Source: Pseudomonadota bacterium
GTDB lineage: Bacteria; Pseudomonadota; Alphaproteobacteria; Rhodobacterales; Rhodobacteraceae
Assembly: GCA_039817245.1 (NCBI GenBank)
Contig: JBCBWF010000001.1
Span: forward strand, 317 to 64,316
Length of the DNA stretch: 64,000 nucleotides
Reading direction: 5' to 3'
Shown one piece after another: positions 62,152 to 64,000 of the stretch. The translations under genes were made by a program, and so were the position numbers. The notes beneath the pieces were generated by a model that was not told the origin of the DNA, made no database searches, and worked only from the letters and a program-made list of their open reading frames with translations. How positions within the stretch are numbered: position 1 is the stretch's first letter; each line of letters opens with the position of its first letter.

Positions 62152-64000
62152 CTATTCCGCCGCCACCCGCCGCGCCGCGGCTTCCAGGAGTGCTGCGAGC
62201 TCCGGCCGGCAGGAGCCGCAATTGGTGCCGGCCCGCAAGGCCCGTCCGATCTCCTCCAAATCCGCGAGGCCATCGGTGGCGATCGCCGCCATGACAGTGT
62301 TGACGCCCACATTGAAGCAGCTGCAGAGCGTGGCGCCGGGGTCGGGGCGGTCTGCGGCGGGCCGGCCCGCAAGGAGCGCCTCGGCCGCCTGCCCCGCCTC
62401 GAAAGCCGCGAGCACATGCGCCCTGGCGATCTCGACGGGCGCGCGGGAGACGAAGAGCGCCCCCGTCACCCGCCCCTCCTCCAGAACCGCGACCCGGGCG
62501 AGACCGCGGGCAGGGTCTTCGACCGTCACGGCCCCGGCCGCACTGCCGGCGCCGAGGACAGCCATCGCGAAGGCCGTCCAGTCCTCCGGCATCCCGGTGT
62601 CGGCGATCTCTGCCTGCCATCCGGGGCCGATGCGCGCCCGGGCCCAGTAGGCGGTGTCCGGTTCGAGCCGGTTGCGGGAGACGGCAAAGCCGTACCAGGT
62701 CGCCTCGAAGGGTCGGATCCGCACGGGCTGGGCCTTCGCATCGGGCTGGCCCGAGACCGGGTCCACGATCCCGCCGACCGCAGCGCCCGCGCGCCCCTCG
62801 GAGGACCACGCCGCCGTCCAGTGCATCGGCACGAAGAGCATGCCCGGACGCACCCGGTCGGTGACGAGCGCGCGGACGACGAGCGCCCCGTGCGGGCTCT
62901 CGATCCGCGCCAGATGCGCCGGTTCGATCCCGTGCTCCGCGGCATCCGCGGGATGGATCTCCACGAAGGGCTCGGCGAAGTGGCGGCTGAGGCGGGCGGA
63001 GCGCGCCGTGCGCGTCATGGTGTGCCAATGGTCGCGCACCCGTCCGGTGTTGAGCCGAAGCGGATAGGCGGGCGTGAGCGCCGATGCCGGGGCCTGCTGC
63101 ACCACGGGCAGCAGGCGCGCCCGCCGCGCCGGCGTGTAGAAGCCGCCCTCGGCGAAAAAGCGCCGATCCGCGCGGCCCGCGGCAGGCACGCCCTCGGCCG
63201 CAGGCACGGGCCACTGCACCGGCGCGAGGGCGTCATAGGCCCTGTCGTCCAGCCCCGCGAGGCCGGAGATGTCGAAATCGCGCCCGAGCCGGGCCGCGAC
63301 GCCCGAGAGGGCCGCATGCTCGCGGAAGATCTCGGCGGGCGAGGCATAGTCGAAGGCCGCGCCCCAGCCCATCGCGCGCGCCACGTCGCAGATGATCCGC
63401 CAATCCTCCCGCGCTTTGCCGGGGATCGGCAGGAACGGCCGCTGCCGCGTGATGCGCCGCTCGGAATTCGTGACGGTGCCGGACTTCTCCCCCCAGGCCG
63501 CGGCGGGCAGCAGCACGTCGGCGGCGCGGTTCGTCTCGGTCTCGGTCACGATGTCGGAGACCGCGACGAAGGGGCAGGCGCGGATCGCCGCGGCCACCGC
63601 ATCGGCCTCCGGCAGGCTGACGGCCGGGTTGGTGGACATGATCCAGAGCGCCTTCAGCCGCCCGTCCCCTGCCGCGCGGAAGAGATCGACCGCCTTCAGC
63701 CCCGGTTTCGTGCAGATCCGCGGCGCGCGCCAGAAGTCCTGCACGGCCTCGCGGTGGCCGGGATCCTCGATATCGAGATGGGCCGCCAGCATGTTGGCGA
63801 GCCCGCCGACCTCGCGCCCGCCCATCGCATTGGGCTGGCCGGTGACGGAGAACGGCCCCATGCCCGGCCGCCCGATCCGCCCGCTGGCGAGATGGCAGTT
63901 CAGGATCGCGTTCACCTTGTCCGTGCCCGCGGCGGACTGGTTCACACCCTGGCTGTAGACGGTGACGACCCGCTCGCTGCGCACCCAGAGGCGGTAGAAG
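62152..64000 (-). CDS. nasA: Assimilatory nitrate reductase catalytic subunit, C-terminal part (5' end outside window)
   Basis: SQGVNQS, TGQPNAMGGREVGG, EKSGTVTNSERR, LNTGRVRDHWHTMTRT, C-terminal BFD-like CSCFNVG...CGSC. Confidence 0.92.
   Translation of the reverse strand, partial: FYRLWVRSERVVTVYSQGVNQSAAGTDKVNAILNCHLASGRIGRPGMGPFSVTGQPNAMGGREVGGLANMLAAHLDIEDPGHREAVQDFWRAPRICTKPGLKAVDLFRAAGDGRLKALWIMSTNPAVSLPEADAVAAAIRACPFVAVSDIVTETETNRAADVLLPAAAWGEKSGTVTNSERRITRQRPFLPIPGKAREDWRIICDVARAMGWGAAFDYASPAEIFREHAALSGVAARLGRDFDISGLAGLDDRAYDALAPVQWPVPAAEGVPAAGRADRRFFAEGGFYTPARRARLLPVVQQAPASALTPAYPLRLNTGRVRDHWHTMTRTARSARLSRHFAEPFVEIHPADAAEHGIEPAHLARIESPHGALVVRALVTDRVRPGMLFVPMHWTAAWSSEGRAGAAVGGIVDPVSGQPDAKAQPVRIRPFEATWYGFAVSRNRLEPDTAYWARARIGPGWQAEIADTGMPEDWTAFAMAVLGAGSAAGAVTVEDPARGLARVAVLEEGRVTGALFVSRAPVEIARAHVLAAFEAGQAAEALLAGRPAADRPDPGATLCSCFNVGVNTVMAAIATDGLADLEEIGRALRAGTNCGSCRPELAALLEAAARRVAAE

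Noticed and set aside
1-64000. rRNA, tRNA, CRISPR array, transposase/integrase or prophage genes
   Set aside because: None recognised by eye; nearly all sequence is explained by protein-coding genes, and no repeat-spacer periodicity or DDE/tyrosine-recombinase motif was seen.

Overview
GC-rich alphaproteobacterial DNA, Rhodobacterales-like by inference from the sox gene order, the porin type and the ABC/Tat substrate-binding-protein style. Annotation is by motif recognition only; no searches were run. Layout from left to right: (1) 1-2.6 kb, end of a hybrid histidine kinase, a single-domain response regulator, and a visibly lower-GC patch with two different SET-domain methyltransferase genes and a small orphan ORF. 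(2) 2.7-16.4 kb, a hydrolase-dense catabolic island with no regulator inside it: creatininase-like, amidohydrolase-3, BiuH/GuuH-like cysteine hydrolase, MBL hydrolase, polyamine-type ABC importer, AbgB-like M20 hydrolase, DDAH/deiminase-like amidinohydrolase, ureohydrolase, EamA transporter and class II aldolase. Four of its hydrolases carry non-canonical active-site residues. (3) A desaturase-like oxygenase and a secreted caspase-like protease with a peptidoglycan-binding domain. (4) A thiosulfate-oxidation cluster soxT-R-S / soxVWXYZABCDEF plus DUF302. (5) BKACE + pcaB, then modABC. (6) A porin with an AT-rich promoter, a CxxC lipoprotein and a degenerate cyclase-FHA protein. (7) A LacI-ABC-phosphodiesterase operon with a clear operator. 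(8) MscS and a davA/davB-like pair. (9) gtrB-gtrA-GT87, an AAA ATPase, amidase-ggt-pncA, an M20 peptidase, P450 + TIGR02466-type oxygenase, and the 3' part of nasA. No rRNA, tRNA, CRISPR array or transposase was seen. The best candidate for an undescribed system is the 2.7-16.4 kb guanidino/amidino/ureido-compound catabolic island, followed by the tandem SET pair and the cyclase-FHA / phosphodiesterase juxtaposition.
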